The notes: a model not told the origin generated them from the letters alone. A stretch of 27,440 nt of DNA from Candidatus Micrarchaeota archaeon (GCA_032123335.1 JAQBFN010000026.1:1-27440); one strand, 5' to 3'. Positions 8,776-18,629 are shown, counted from the first letter of the stretch. Translations and numbers: made by a program.

Positions 8776-8872
8776 AGTTTAGGGATTACAAGGAAAATAT
8801 TATAACATCCATCTTTTACTCTTCTAACCATAAATATACACATTTAAATACCCTTCCATATCTAATATACTC

Positions 8873-9091
8873 ATGGAAGACAACTTTGGATATTCGGCAG
8901 CAAATGCTGAGACTGCAGTGAAGCTTGCAGCAGCCATGGCAGCAAATATGCAGAACGGAAGCTCCAGCCCTACAGTTGATCCTAAGCAGGTTATGCTTGG
9001 AGTGGCCTCTGCGTGCTTTGTAATACTTTTCGTGCTGCTTTCCTGCGTGCTTATCGCCTATCTCTCCCTTGCCGCAATGAATGCTTTCTAG
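8873..9091 (+). CDS. Small hypothetical protein with a C-terminal hydrophobic helix
   Basis: 72-aa ATG ORF downstream of an AT-rich TATA-like region (TTTAAATA); single long hydrophobic segment. Confidence 0.55.
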   Translation: MEDNFGYSAANAETAVKLAAAMAANMQNGSSSPTVDPKQVMLGVASACFVILFVLLSCVLIAYLSLAAMNAF

Positions 9092-9178
9092 CCCAGGGGA
9101 ATCCCTGGTTTACCCCGATAATAATCCCTGCCGCTTTTTTGGAAACCTTTTTATCAGTATAAGCCCCCAAACTACTTC

Positions 9179-10306
9179 ATGAAGATTGCTTCTTCTTCAG
9201 AAACAAGGCTCATAGAGCTTCTGCATGATCTGGGCATTCCTGCCGAAGCCGTACTCTTATCCATAGAAGGCAAATTAGTCCCTGAAACCGCTTCAGTCCA
9301 TAAGGGCCAGGAAGTGGAAATCATCTACTATAAGCATGTTCCTCCCCTTTCCAGCCCGCAGGAGCCAAGGGGCCACTGGAAGCGCGCCCAGTATTCCAAA
9401 GAATGCGCCCACTGCCAGTCCATCCCAATAATTTACCTCCCCTATGCGAACCAGCACCTCTGCCCCAAACACTTCAATGAGCTTTTTGAAAAGCGGGTGA
9501 AGCGCAGCATCCGCGAATACAATATGCTCAGCAAAGGGGATAGGGTGGGAATTGCGCTTTCCGGTGGCAAAGATTCCTATGCGCTCCTGCATGTGCTTTC
9601 AATAGTAAGGGAATCCCTCCCATTCGAGATTTCTGCACTCACAGTGGATGAAGGAATCCCAGGGTACCGGGACAAGGCAATCGAAAATGCGCGCAAAAGG
9701 TGCGAAGAGCTTGGAGTTGAGCAGCACGTTTACACATTCAAGGAGGAGCACGGGAAAACAATCGCGGAAATCGGAAAAAAAGGAAAGGAAAACCTCTGCT
9801 CCTATTGCGGAGTCCTCCGCAGGAAAATCCTCAACACCAAAGCCAGGGAGCTTGGATTAACCAAGGTTGCAATCGGGCACAATTTAGACGATGTTGCGCA
9901 AACAGCAATGCTCAACCTAATCCGGAATGAACCCCTGCGCTTTGCGCGTTTCAATGAGCCCCTAATCGAAAACGAAAAGTTCATACCAAGAATCCGGCCC
10001 CTCCGTGACATCCGGGAAAAAGAAGTGGCAGCCTACGCATTCCTGCACGGGCACGAATACAATTCAGGGTGCTGCTGCCCCCATGCAACCAGCGCACTGC
10101 GGTGGTCGGTTCGCCACGAGCTCAATTCCCTGGAAGACCAGTATCCTGGAACAAAAAGCAAGATTGCATCCAGCTTCAATACGCTCCAGGCAATAGTGAA
10201 GGATTCAGTAAAAGAAAAGAGCCTGGAGCTTAACTCCTGCAAAGAGTGCGGGGAGCCCTGTTCTGATGAAGTTTGCATGGGCTGCAAAATGCTAAGCGAT
10301 TTATAG
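9179..10306 (+). CDS. tRNA 2-thiolation protein (Ncs6/TtuA/TIGR00269-like) with N-terminal ThiS/ubiquitin-like domain
   Basis: PP-loop SGGKDS, CSYCGVLRR, GHNLDD, RIRPL, and N- and C-terminal zinc-finger cysteines. The first ~52 aa resemble a beta-grasp sulfur carrier. Confidence 0.9.
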   Translation: MKIASSSETRLIELLHDLGIPAEAVLLSIEGKLVPETASVHKGQEVEIIYYKHVPPLSSPQEPRGHWKRAQYSKECAHCQSIPIIYLPYANQHLCPKHFNELFEKRVKRSIREYNMLSKGDRVGIALSGGKDSYALLHVLSIVRESLPFEISALTVDEGIPGYRDKAIENARKRCEELGVEQHVYTFKEEHGKTIAEIGKKGKENLCSYCGVLRRKILNTKARELGLTKVAIGHNLDDVAQTAMLNLIRNEPLRFARFNEPLIENEKFIPRIRPLRDIREKEVAAYAFLHGHEYNSGCCCPHATSALRWSVRHELNSLEDQYPGTKSKIASSFNTLQAIVKDSVKEKSLELNSCKECGEPCSDEVCMGCKMLSDL

Positions 10307-10328
10307 ATTTTCCAACATAACCTTCCTA

Positions 10329-11093
10329 ATGGAAATCATTTTTCTTGGAACCGGCGGGGGGAGAATTAACCTAATCAACCAGACCCGCGCAACCGGAGGA
10401 TTCATCATTTCCGGCTCAAAAAATATTCATGTGGACCCCGGCCCCGGAGCCCTGGTGCACATGAGAAAACTCGGCCTTGTTCCGCGCAAAACCAACCTGC
10501 TTGTAGTCACCCACTCGCACATAGACCACATAAGCGATGCAGGAGTCCTTATTGAGGGAATGAGCAACTACGGGCTCAAAAAAGACGGGATTCTTATTGG
10601 GGCAGATGATTCCCTTGAAGGAAAAACCGATGGGCAGAGAATAAGCGAGTTCCACTTATCCAGGGTTGAGAAAATCGTGAATGCAAAGCCAGGGGAATCC
10701 TTTGATTTTGAAGGGGGCAAGTTCAGCTTTACTAAAGCAATACACGACACTTTTCCCGCGTTTGGGTTTGTGCTTGAAATGGACGGGAAGCGGATTGGAT
10801 ACACAGGGGACACGGAGTATTATGAGGGCATGGATGCGCTTTTCGAAGGATGCGGCCTGCTCATCCTGAACGTAATGAAGCCATTCCCGGATGGATACCA
10901 TGGGCACCTCACTGCAGAAGATGCTTCCAAGCTTATTGGAAGGGTGCAGCCCAGGCTTGCAATCCTCACGCACATGGGCATGAAGATGCAGTCCTACTCC
11001 CCGGAAAAGAAAGCAAAGGAAATTGAAGAGGAAACCGGAGTGAAAACTATCGCTGCTACGGACGGGCTGAAAGTCTCCTCCGACCAGTTTTAA
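10329..11093 (+). CDS. Metallo-beta-lactamase-fold hydrolase
   Basis: FLGTGGGR, VDPGPG, THSHIDH, YTGDT, GHL and LTHMG. Confidence 0.92.
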   Translation: MEIIFLGTGGGRINLINQTRATGGFIISGSKNIHVDPGPGALVHMRKLGLVPRKTNLLVVTHSHIDHISDAGVLIEGMSNYGLKKDGILIGADDSLEGKTDGQRISEFHLSRVEKIVNAKPGESFDFEGGKFSFTKAIHDTFPAFGFVLEMDGKRIGYTGDTEYYEGMDALFEGCGLLILNVMKPFPDGYHGHLTAEDASKLIGRVQPRLAILTHMGMKMQSYSPEKKAKEIEEETGVKTIAATDGLKVSSDQF

Positions 11094-11135
11094 AAGTTTA
11101 ATAAGCAGAATAAGACCAATTTCTGAGGTATTTTC

Positions 11136-13472
11136 ATGTTCGATAAAAGGTTTTCACAGGCCATTGAGGAAAAATGGCAGGATGAATGGGAAAAAAGAGG
11201 AACCTACACGTTCCATGGGCTCGATGACAGAAAGGTATATTCAATAGACACTCCCCCGCCTTTCACGAGCGGTGAGCTGCACATGGGACACGCCCTCTCT
11301 TATGCTTATTTCGACTTCGTTGCGCGCTACAAAAGAATGCAGGGCTTCAATGTATACTACCCCCAAGGCTGGGACACGCAGGGCTTCCCCACAGAAACCA
11401 AAGTAGAGAAAAAATACGGGAAGCTTCCCCGCGAGGAATTCAGGCAGAAGTGCGTGGACTGGACCAACCAGATGATTGCAAAGATGAAGGAATCCATGAT
11501 TAGGCTTGGGTTCTCCCCGGACTGGGAGCACCAGTACCGCACCCTGGATGAGGATTACCACAGGAGGGTGCAACTTTCCCTCCACATCATGTACGACAAG
11601 AACATGGTTTACAGGGATGAGCACCCGGTTTTCTGGTGCTACAAGTGCCACAGCGCGCTTGCAAAAACAGACACCGAAGACCTTGAGCGGGAAGCGGTGC
11701 TCAACCATGTTGTTTTCAAGGGCCCGGATGATGAGGATTTGATTATTGCAACTACCCGCCCGGAGCTGATGTATGCTTGCGTTGCAGTGATGTATCACCC
11801 GGACGATGAGCGCTACAAAACTCTTGAAGGGAAAGAAGTTACTACCGCACTCGGAAAGAAGGTGCCCGTATTCCCGGACAAGGATGTGGACAAGGAATAC
11901 GGAACCGGGCTCCTGATGGTTTGTACCTTCGGTGACAAGCAGGACATTGTTTGGGCATACAGGCACAAGCTCCCAACTATTTCTATTTTAGATCAGCATG
12001 GAAAGCTCACCGGAACCGGGGAATTTGATGGCCTGAAGCCGGCAGTTGCAAAGGAAAAAATAATCGAGAAGTTCAAGGAAGAAGGGAAAATCGTGAAGCA
12101 GGAAACCCTTCCCCAGGTTGTGAAGGTTCATGACCGCTGCAAGACCCCAGTGGAATATGCAATGAGCAAGCAGTGGTTCGCAGACATTACCAAGCACCGG
12201 GATGAAATCAAGGCAATGGCCAGGGAAGTGCAATGGGTCCCTGATTTTGGAATAAACTATCTGGACAATTGGGCAGACTCTGTTGAATGGGACTGGGTTA
12301 TCTCCAGGCAGAGGCATTTCGGAACCCCAATCCCCTTCTATTATTGTGATGCATGCGGGGAAACCGCAAAAGCAGATGCGCTTCCGTTTTACCCGGAAAA
12401 AGCACCGGAAAAGGAATGCAAATGCGGGGGAAAAATGAAGCCTGAGGAATCCGTATTGGATTGTTGGGTGGACTCTTCCATTACCCCCCTGATTGCCGCA
12501 GGATGGCCGGACAGGGAAGGCTGGGAAAAGTTGTACCCGGCCTCGCTCCGCCCACAGGGAGTGGAAATCGTCCGCACCTGGGCATTCTACACCATTTACC
12601 GCTCGGGAATCGGGATTACGGGCAAGAAGCCCTGGGATGTTATTCTGCTAAATGGGAACGTGCTTGCACCGGATGGAAGAAAGATGAGCAAGTCCCTTGG
12701 GAACGTAATCTCCCCCATGGACCTGCTTAGTGAATACCCTGCGGATGCAATCAGGCAGTGGGCAGCAATGAGCGGCGCAATGGCCAAGGACCGCCCGTTC
12801 TCCTACGAGGATATCAAGTTCGCAAAATCCTTCCTGAATAAGGTATGGAACGCATCCAAGTTTGTGCAGCAAAACCTGGAGGGATATGATTCCTCAAAGC
12901 CGGAGTTGAAGCTCGTGGACAAGTGGATGATGGAGAGCCTCAACAAGGCAATCGAGGAATGCACGGATGCGATGGAAACATATGAGTTCCACAGGTGCAC
13001 AAGGAAGCTCCAGAACTTCTTCTGGCATGATTTCTGCGATGATTACCTTGAGTATGTGAAGTACCGCACATACGGGGACCAGGACGAGTCCAAGAAGGCC
13101 GCGCAGTACGTGCTGCACGAAGTGCTTTACTCTTTCATAAAGATGCTTGCACCGATTTCCCCTCATATTTCCGAGGAAATCTACCATGAGATGTTTGGAG
13201 GGAAGGAAGGGGATACAATCAACTTCACCCCCTGGCCCAAGGTGGGAAACAGGTTCCCGCAGGAATACGAAAAGGTTGAGCCGATGCGCGAGCTTATCTC
13301 CCAGATAAGGCAGGCAAAAGCGGCAGCAAAGATTTCCCAGGGCGCGGAAATTGTGCTATATTCCCCAAAAATAGAACTTGACCCGGAAATGATTGAGGAA
13401 GTAAAGAAAATCTCACGAATCAGGGAGATAAAAGAAGGGGAATTCAAAATTGAGCACTCTCCCAGTTCCTGA
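11136..13472 (+). CDS. valS: Valine--tRNA ligase
   Basis: IDTPPPFTSGELHMGH, ATTRPEL, MVCTFGD, WDWVISRQR and KMSKSLGN; archaeal type. Confidence 0.97.
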   Translation: MFDKRFSQAIEEKWQDEWEKRGTYTFHGLDDRKVYSIDTPPPFTSGELHMGHALSYAYFDFVARYKRMQGFNVYYPQGWDTQGFPTETKVEKKYGKLPREEFRQKCVDWTNQMIAKMKESMIRLGFSPDWEHQYRTLDEDYHRRVQLSLHIMYDKNMVYRDEHPVFWCYKCHSALAKTDTEDLEREAVLNHVVFKGPDDEDLIIATTRPELMYACVAVMYHPDDERYKTLEGKEVTTALGKKVPVFPDKDVDKEYGTGLLMVCTFGDKQDIVWAYRHKLPTISILDQHGKLTGTGEFDGLKPAVAKEKIIEKFKEEGKIVKQETLPQVVKVHDRCKTPVEYAMSKQWFADITKHRDEIKAMAREVQWVPDFGINYLDNWADSVEWDWVISRQRHFGTPIPFYYCDACGETAKADALPFYPEKAPEKECKCGGKMKPEESVLDCWVDSSITPLIAAGWPDREGWEKLYPASLRPQGVEIVRTWAFYTIYRSGIGITGKKPWDVILLNGNVLAPDGRKMSKSLGNVISPMDLLSEYPADAIRQWAAMSGAMAKDRPFSYEDIKFAKSFLNKVWNASKFVQQNLEGYDSSKPELKLVDKWMMESLNKAIEECTDAMETYEFHRCTRKLQNFFWHDFCDDYLEYVKYRTYGDQDESKKAAQYVLHEVLYSFIKMLAPISPHISEEIYHEMFGGKEGDTINFTPWPKVGNRFPQEYEKVEPMRELISQIRQAKAAAKISQGAEIVLYSPKIELDPEMIEEVKKISRIREIKEGEFKIEHSPSS

Positions 13473-13564
13473 CTGGTGCGAATTCAGCTGTCAAACTACT
13501 AACAATAGCTATCTGGAGAAGAGCGCAGTTTGACATAGAAAAAATAGAAGAAGAAAAGGGAAGC

Positions 13565-14083
13565 CTAGGAAGTCTCTTCTGCAGTGTGTGCAACTATCCT
13601 TCCGCTTATAACGTGCTCAGGCTCATCCTCTGTGCAGCCTGGGTTCACTTCCGGGGCGCAGCTTACGTACTTCAGGCTCACACGCAATCTTTCAACTTCA
13701 TCTTTATACGTGTTTAATCCATTGAGCTCCATTGAAATCTTTGCGGATTCTCCCTGCTCAATCTTTGCTCCAACGGGGTCCTGAGTGTAAGCGCCATATA
13801 CGTCTCCGTTTGTAGTGGTTACATCGACGCCACTGAGAAGGATATCGTACCCAAGCCCGTTGCTGATGCGGAATTCAAGCTGGGGGGTTCCGCTAGTATC
13901 AAGATACAGAACGTGCCCAGTGCAGCTCAAATCCGGCTGCAGGGTGCATTCCTCAGCAATCAGGTAAGAAGGATTAAACGCTCCGGTGGCCATAAGGGCC
14001 GCAATTACCACAACAAGTACTACAATTGCCCAACCATAGGTCATGAGGTATTCCATGGCTGCCTGGCCTTTCTTCGCGCTCAT
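13565..14083 (-). CDS. Class III signal-peptide (archaeal pilin-like) protein
   Basis: N-terminus KKGQAAMEYLMTYGWAI followed by a hydrophobic helix; two Cys pairs in the soluble part. Confidence 0.85.
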   Translation of the reverse strand: MSAKKGQAAMEYLMTYGWAIVVLVVVIAALMATGAFNPSYLIAEECTLQPDLSCTGHVLYLDTSGTPQLEFRISNGLGYDILLSGVDVTTTNGDVYGAYTQDPVGAKIEQGESAKISMELNGLNTYKDEVERLRVSLKYVSCAPEVNPGCTEDEPEHVISGRIVAHTAEETS

Positions 14084-14150
14084 GGAATGATTTCGGGGAA
14101 AATCATTTAAAATACTTTAGTATGAATAACTGAACAGCGGCAGTGGTGAG

Positions 14151-15800
14151 ATGGCAGAGAAAAAACCCCAATTAGTTGACGCCGGGAGCTATTACAAGAT
14201 TGCTAATGACTATTATGAGAAGGGGGATTACGAGAAGGCAATCGAGAACTACAACATGGCAATTCTGCTCAACCCCCTCTTTTCTGAAGCATATTTCAAC
14301 CGTGCATTAAGCTACTACCAGCTCAAGAACTATGATAAGTCCATTGCGGATTACACGGAGGCCGCGGAGCTGGACCCGAAGAACCCAATCATCTTCAACA
14401 ACAAGGGTGACGCATTCTACAGAAAGCAGGATTACACAAGCGCAATCAAGGATTACGATAAAGCAATCATGCTGAACCCGAATTACCTCAAGGCCTACTA
14501 CAACCGCGCACTTTCCTACGCTTCCCTGGAAGATTATGAAAAGGCAGTGGAGGATTTCACAAAAGTTGTGCAGCTCAAGCCCGATTTCTCGGAAGCGTAC
14601 CACCTCAGGGGCCTTGCATTTGAATATGCTGGGGATGTGGACGGCGCAGTTTCTGATTATGAGAAAGCCCTGGAGCTGAATCCCGAGCTTGCAGAAGCAA
14701 AGAGCCACCTAGAATCCGCAAAAACCAAGAAGCAGGCAGCAAGCTCCGGAGGGGGCGGAGGAGGCGGAAGCAAGGAAGGCGGAACCTCAGAGATCAAGGT
14801 CCTTAGAAAACCAGACATGAACTTCATTGATGTCGCGGGAATGGAAAAGATGAAAGAGGAAATCCGCGAGGCAGTTATTTACCCGATGGCAAAGCCCGAG
14901 CTTGCAAGGAAATATGGGAAGCTTGGAGGGGGAGGAATCATCATGTATGGGCCTCCCGGATGCGGAAAAACATACATTGTAAAGGCTGCCGCGGGAGAAT
15001 GCGACTCTGCATTCATCAATGCCAAGCTTTCAGACCTGCTGGACATGTACGTTGGTAATACAGAAAAAAATATTCACAAAGTGTTCGAGACTGCAAGGAA
15101 AAATGCACCATGCATCCTCTTCTTCGATGAAATAGATGCCATTGGAGGAAGGAGGGATGCCCAGGAAGGGGCACAATACATGAAGATGGCAGTAAACCAG
15201 ATGCTGTATGAGATGGACGGTGTTGAAGCAAACAACCAAAACGTCCTCATAATCGCAGCAACAAACGCCCCCTGGGATATTGACCCTGCACTTAGGAGGT
15301 CCGGCCGTTTCGGAAAAACGCTATATGTTCCTGAACCAGACTTTGGCTCAAGGGAAGCAATTATCAAAATCCACGCAAAAAAGAGGCCAGTTGGCAAAGG
15401 AATCCCATATAAGCGCCTTGCAATGGCAACTTCAGGTTATGCCTCTGCAGACCTAAAAGCAATTGTGGAAGAAGCATCCGCAATTCCCTGGAGAGAAGCA
15501 TTCAAAAGCGGAAAGGAAAGAAAAGTCAAAACTTCAGATTTCATCAAGGCAATCCGCAAAAAGAGGAGTTCTCTCCCTCCATGGTATGAGCAGGCAAACA
15601 AGCAGATCGGGAAGCAGGAGGAAATAACTGTTGTGGATGGAAAAGAGCACAAGAAGGTTACTGACAGCAAGATGGGCCCGGGAGAAAAGGACGCATTCAA
15701 GGACCTGCTCAAAGTAATTGTGAAGAGGACCAAGTGGTACAACAAAGCATGGATACTGTTCCTTAAACAGTTCGCACTTATTATTCCAATCCCGCTCTAG
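14151..15800 (+). CDS. TPR-repeat AAA+ ATPase (classic Cdc48/Vps4-type clade)
   Basis: About 5 TPR units, Gly-rich linker, Walker A GPPGCGKT, pore loop MYVG, Walker B FFDE and SRH ATNAPWDIDPALRRSGRF. Confidence 0.92.
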   Translation: MAEKKPQLVDAGSYYKIANDYYEKGDYEKAIENYNMAILLNPLFSEAYFNRALSYYQLKNYDKSIADYTEAAELDPKNPIIFNNKGDAFYRKQDYTSAIKDYDKAIMLNPNYLKAYYNRALSYASLEDYEKAVEDFTKVVQLKPDFSEAYHLRGLAFEYAGDVDGAVSDYEKALELNPELAEAKSHLESAKTKKQAASSGGGGGGGSKEGGTSEIKVLRKPDMNFIDVAGMEKMKEEIREAVIYPMAKPELARKYGKLGGGGIIMYGPPGCGKTYIVKAAAGECDSAFINAKLSDLLDMYVGNTEKNIHKVFETARKNAPCILFFDEIDAIGGRRDAQEGAQYMKMAVNQMLYEMDGVEANNQNVLIIAATNAPWDIDPALRRSGRFGKTLYVPEPDFGSREAIIKIHAKKRPVGKGIPYKRLAMATSGYASADLKAIVEEASAIPWREAFKSGKERKVKTSDFIKAIRKKRSSLPPWYEQANKQIGKQEEITVVDGKEHKKVTDSKMGPGEKDAFKDLLKVIVKRTKWYNKAWILFLKQFALIIPIPL

Positions 15801-15845
15801 ATAACTTTATATTTCCTTAATCCTATCTTTCTTTGAGGGTTGAAG

Positions 15846-17075
15846 ATGATAATAAATAATGCTAAATTTTACCTGGGCGGGAAGATAGTTGCAAAAGATA
15901 TTCTTATTGAGAAAGGCAAAATTGCGGGGATTGGGAAGTTCAGGGGAGAAGGAATAGATGCAAAAGGGCTTTTTGCTCTTCCCGGGTTAATCGACCCGCA
16001 CGTGCACCTGCGCGACCCCGGGCTCACATACAAGGAAGATTTTCATAGTGGAACCAGAGCGGCATTGGCAGGCGGGTTCACAACCGTTTTGGATATGCCG
16101 AATACAAAGCCGCCCACCACAACCGCGAAAGCATTCAAACAGAAGCAGGAGATTGCAAAAAAGAAAGCGGTTTGTGATTATGGAATCCACTTCGGTGCAG
16201 CAAAGAACAATTTTGCAGAAATAAAAAAAGCAAAACCAAAATCCCTGAAATTATGCATGGGGGAAACGACCGGAAATCTTCTTGTAGATGATGTTTACAG
16301 CATTCTGAAGCATTTTTCCAGCTTCCCGAAGGAAAAGCCGCTGATAGTGCACGCGGAAGATAAGGAAACGCTGGAAGCAACAGAAAAAATGAAAAAAGGC
16401 AGGGCAGAGATTGCGGAGAAGGTTGCGGTTGAAAAGGCAAGATTGCTTGCAGAGCAAACAGATAGAGTGGTTTACTTTGCGCACACCACTACATTTGAGG
16501 CAGTGCACCTTGCAAAAATCTGGAAAAAATCCTTTGTTGAGGTTGCCCCACACCACCTATTCCTTTCAATAGACAAAGACGGAAAACGGCTGAAGAAATC
16601 CTCCAAGGTTTACCCTCCGCTCAGGAGCGAAGCGGACCGGAGGGAACTCTGGGGCGCACTTTACTTTGTGGATGCAGTGGGAAGCGACCATGCCCCACAC
16701 ACCCCGCAGGACAAGAAGAAGGGTGCAGCAGGATTCCCGGGGCTGGAAACCACCCTCGCGCTCTTCCTGAATGCATACAATAAGGGAATGGTCGAACTGC
16801 CCTGGATAATCAACAGGATGGCGGAAAACCCTGCAAAAATATTCGGCCTCAGTTCCAAGGGAAGAATAGGAAAAGGATATGATGGGGACATTACGCTTGT
16901 TGACCTGGAGGAAGGATGGAAAGTAAGCGCGGATGAATTTGAATCCAAGTGCGGCTGGACCCCCTATGAAGGATTTAAGCTCAAGGGAAGAGTGAAGAAG
17001 GTAGTCCTGCGCGGAAACCTTGTTGTGGATGATTCAAAAGTTGTAAAAGAAGTAAAGGGAAAAAGAGTTCTCTAA
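15846..17075 (+). CDS. pyrC: Dihydroorotase-family amidohydrolase
   Basis: PGLIDPHVHLRDPG, AGGFTTVLDMPNT, VHAED, EVAPHHL, PPLR, SDHAPH, GFPGLET and ENPAKIFGL. Alternative TTG start at 15840. Confidence 0.88.
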   Translation: MIINNAKFYLGGKIVAKDILIEKGKIAGIGKFRGEGIDAKGLFALPGLIDPHVHLRDPGLTYKEDFHSGTRAALAGGFTTVLDMPNTKPPTTTAKAFKQKQEIAKKKAVCDYGIHFGAAKNNFAEIKKAKPKSLKLCMGETTGNLLVDDVYSILKHFSSFPKEKPLIVHAEDKETLEATEKMKKGRAEIAEKVAVEKARLLAEQTDRVVYFAHTTTFEAVHLAKIWKKSFVEVAPHHLFLSIDKDGKRLKKSSKVYPPLRSEADRRELWGALYFVDAVGSDHAPHTPQDKKKGAAGFPGLETTLALFLNAYNKGMVELPWIINRMAENPAKIFGLSSKGRIGKGYDGDITLVDLEEGWKVSADEFESKCGWTPYEGFKLKGRVKKVVLRGNLVVDDSKVVKEVKGKRVL

Positions 17076-17539
17076 GGATTTCCAGGGTCGGGCTGTGCTG
17101 AAAGAACCACAGTTCCGCCCACGTTTTCCATTTCCAGCCTGTACCTTCCGCCCCCTGGATATTCCTCATCTGCAAATTGGAGGGTTTCTCCAGGCGCATC
17201 AGTAACTTCTATCGGGAATGCGGTGGGCTGCACAATCTCATTGGTTTGCCCCTGGCTAAGCATGCTGAAAACCACTTCATGCTCAGTACTTCCCCCTATC
17301 GTTACGGATTCAACGGTTTCAGGAATGTAGATTTCAGTAATAACAGCAGAGCCGTCTCCCATGTACCCGACCGCGTTTATAAGGAAGGCGATGCGGGCAA
17401 CAGAGAAGTGCACCTGGAGCATTGAAAGGTCTGCGCGTATCGCATCCATCTTGAAGAACATGATGTAGAGCAGTGGAATTAGTATAAGGAGTATGAAGCC
17501 GACAACCACAAGCAATTCATTGCTAACCTGTCCTCTCAT
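17072..17539 (-). CDS. Class III signal-peptide (pilin-like) protein
   Basis: MRGQVSNELLVVVGFILLILIPL: RGQxxxE prepilin-type motif followed by a hydrophobic helix. Confidence 0.8.
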   Translation of the reverse strand: MRGQVSNELLVVVGFILLILIPLLYIMFFKMDAIRADLSMLQVHFSVARIAFLINAVGYMGDGSAVITEIYIPETVESVTIGGSTEHEVVFSMLSQGQTNEIVQPTAFPIEVTDAPGETLQFADEEYPGGGRYRLEMENVGGTVVLSAQPDPGNP

Positions 17540-18629
17540 AGAAGCCCTCTGTCATGTAATGTTTCCTTTTATCTCGTTTATAATTCTTTCTTTTATCCAG
17601 AAGCCTTTTTATTTCGGACACGTTCTTGTTCACGACTGTTTTAAGCTCATATCCCTCACTTTGCACTACGAGGTTTCCATTCTCAACATCAAGCTTTGTG
17701 TTCATCTGGTAGGTTGACTTTCCCTTCTTGAAGTGGATATTCAAATCTCCGAGCTCAAAGGTCCGCGTGTACTTCTTCACGGTTTCTTTCATGGTTTCCG
17801 TTATGTCCTGGTAATAGAACATATCGTCTTCAGGGAGCCCGCTTATGAATACTGAAGGCCCCTCAACAATGAGGCTGAGCATGAACTTCATCACGTCCAT
17901 TGCAGTGAGTACACCTATTGCGCGCTCGGCTTCCAGCACAATCAGCTTGGACACATTCTCCCCGGCCATCTTGCGCACCGCGCTTTCAAGGGGCTCGCTT
18001 GCCCTTACTGTAACAAGCGTTTCCCTCATGTAATCCTTCACGAATCGGGTATCCGGGTGCTCGATGTCCGAGCTGAGCATGAATCTCTGCCTTCCCTTTG
18101 GCTTGAGCACAAGCATTGTAAGGTCGAATGGGGAAATCGAGCCCACAACCTTGCCCCCCCTGGTTACTGCTAGGTGGTGCACCCCAAGCTTTTTCATCAG
18201 CCCCCTTGCAACCCCGACTGTTTCCTTCTCATCTATTGTGTAGATGGGACTTGCCATGAGCGCTGAGACGCTGGTTTTGGGCACATTCCCGAGCCGGGCC
18301 ATCTCTTCCATCACATCTGCACGGCTTACGGCACCGGTAACCTTGCCCTTTTCCACTATGGGGAGCGCTTTGAAGTGGCCTGCCATGAATGCGCGCATGT
18401 AATCTTCAAGCGGCATTTCTTCCGTGAGGTGTGGGGCGCGGACTGCAGCGCTTATCGCTTTGGTCTTGCTGGAATCGCTTATGTTTGGGCGTATGTCCCT
18501 GTCGTCTATAAGCCCATAGTATTTTCCGTTCTGGGTAATCATCACCGCGGTCCCGCTGTTCAATATCAAATCCAGTGCCTGTGAGAGAGGCTCCTTTCCA
18601 TCCAGTATGTCTGCTTTCATCTTTCGCAT
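17523..18629 (-). CDS. Four-CBS-domain protein with a C-terminal HPF/RaiA-like domain
   Basis: Four CBS repeats (GLIDDRDI, GAVSRADV, GSISPFDL, GVLTAMDV), then a ~95-aa domain starting VFISGL with a beta-alpha-beta-beta-beta-alpha pattern and a basic tail. Start is uncertain (18638, 18629 or 18620). Confidence 0.85.
   Translation of the reverse strand: MRKMKADILDGKEPLSQALDLILNSGTAVMITQNGKYYGLIDDRDIRPNISDSSKTKAISAAVRAPHLTEEMPLEDYMRAFMAGHFKALPIVEKGKVTGAVSRADVMEEMARLGNVPKTSVSALMASPIYTIDEKETVGVARGLMKKLGVHHLAVTRGGKVVGSISPFDLTMLVLKPKGRQRFMLSSDIEHPDTRFVKDYMRETLVTVRASEPLESAVRKMAGENVSKLIVLEAERAIGVLTAMDVMKFMLSLIVEGPSVFISGLPEDDMFYYQDITETMKETVKKYTRTFELGDLNIHFKKGKSTYQMNTKLDVENGNLVVQSEGYELKTVVNKNVSEIKRLLDKRKNYKRDKRKHYMTEGFYERTG

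Noticed and set aside
9093..9108. Hairpin CCAGGG-gaat-CCCTGG as a distinct element
   Set aside because: A short stem right after a stop codon; probably an ordinary 3'-end structure.
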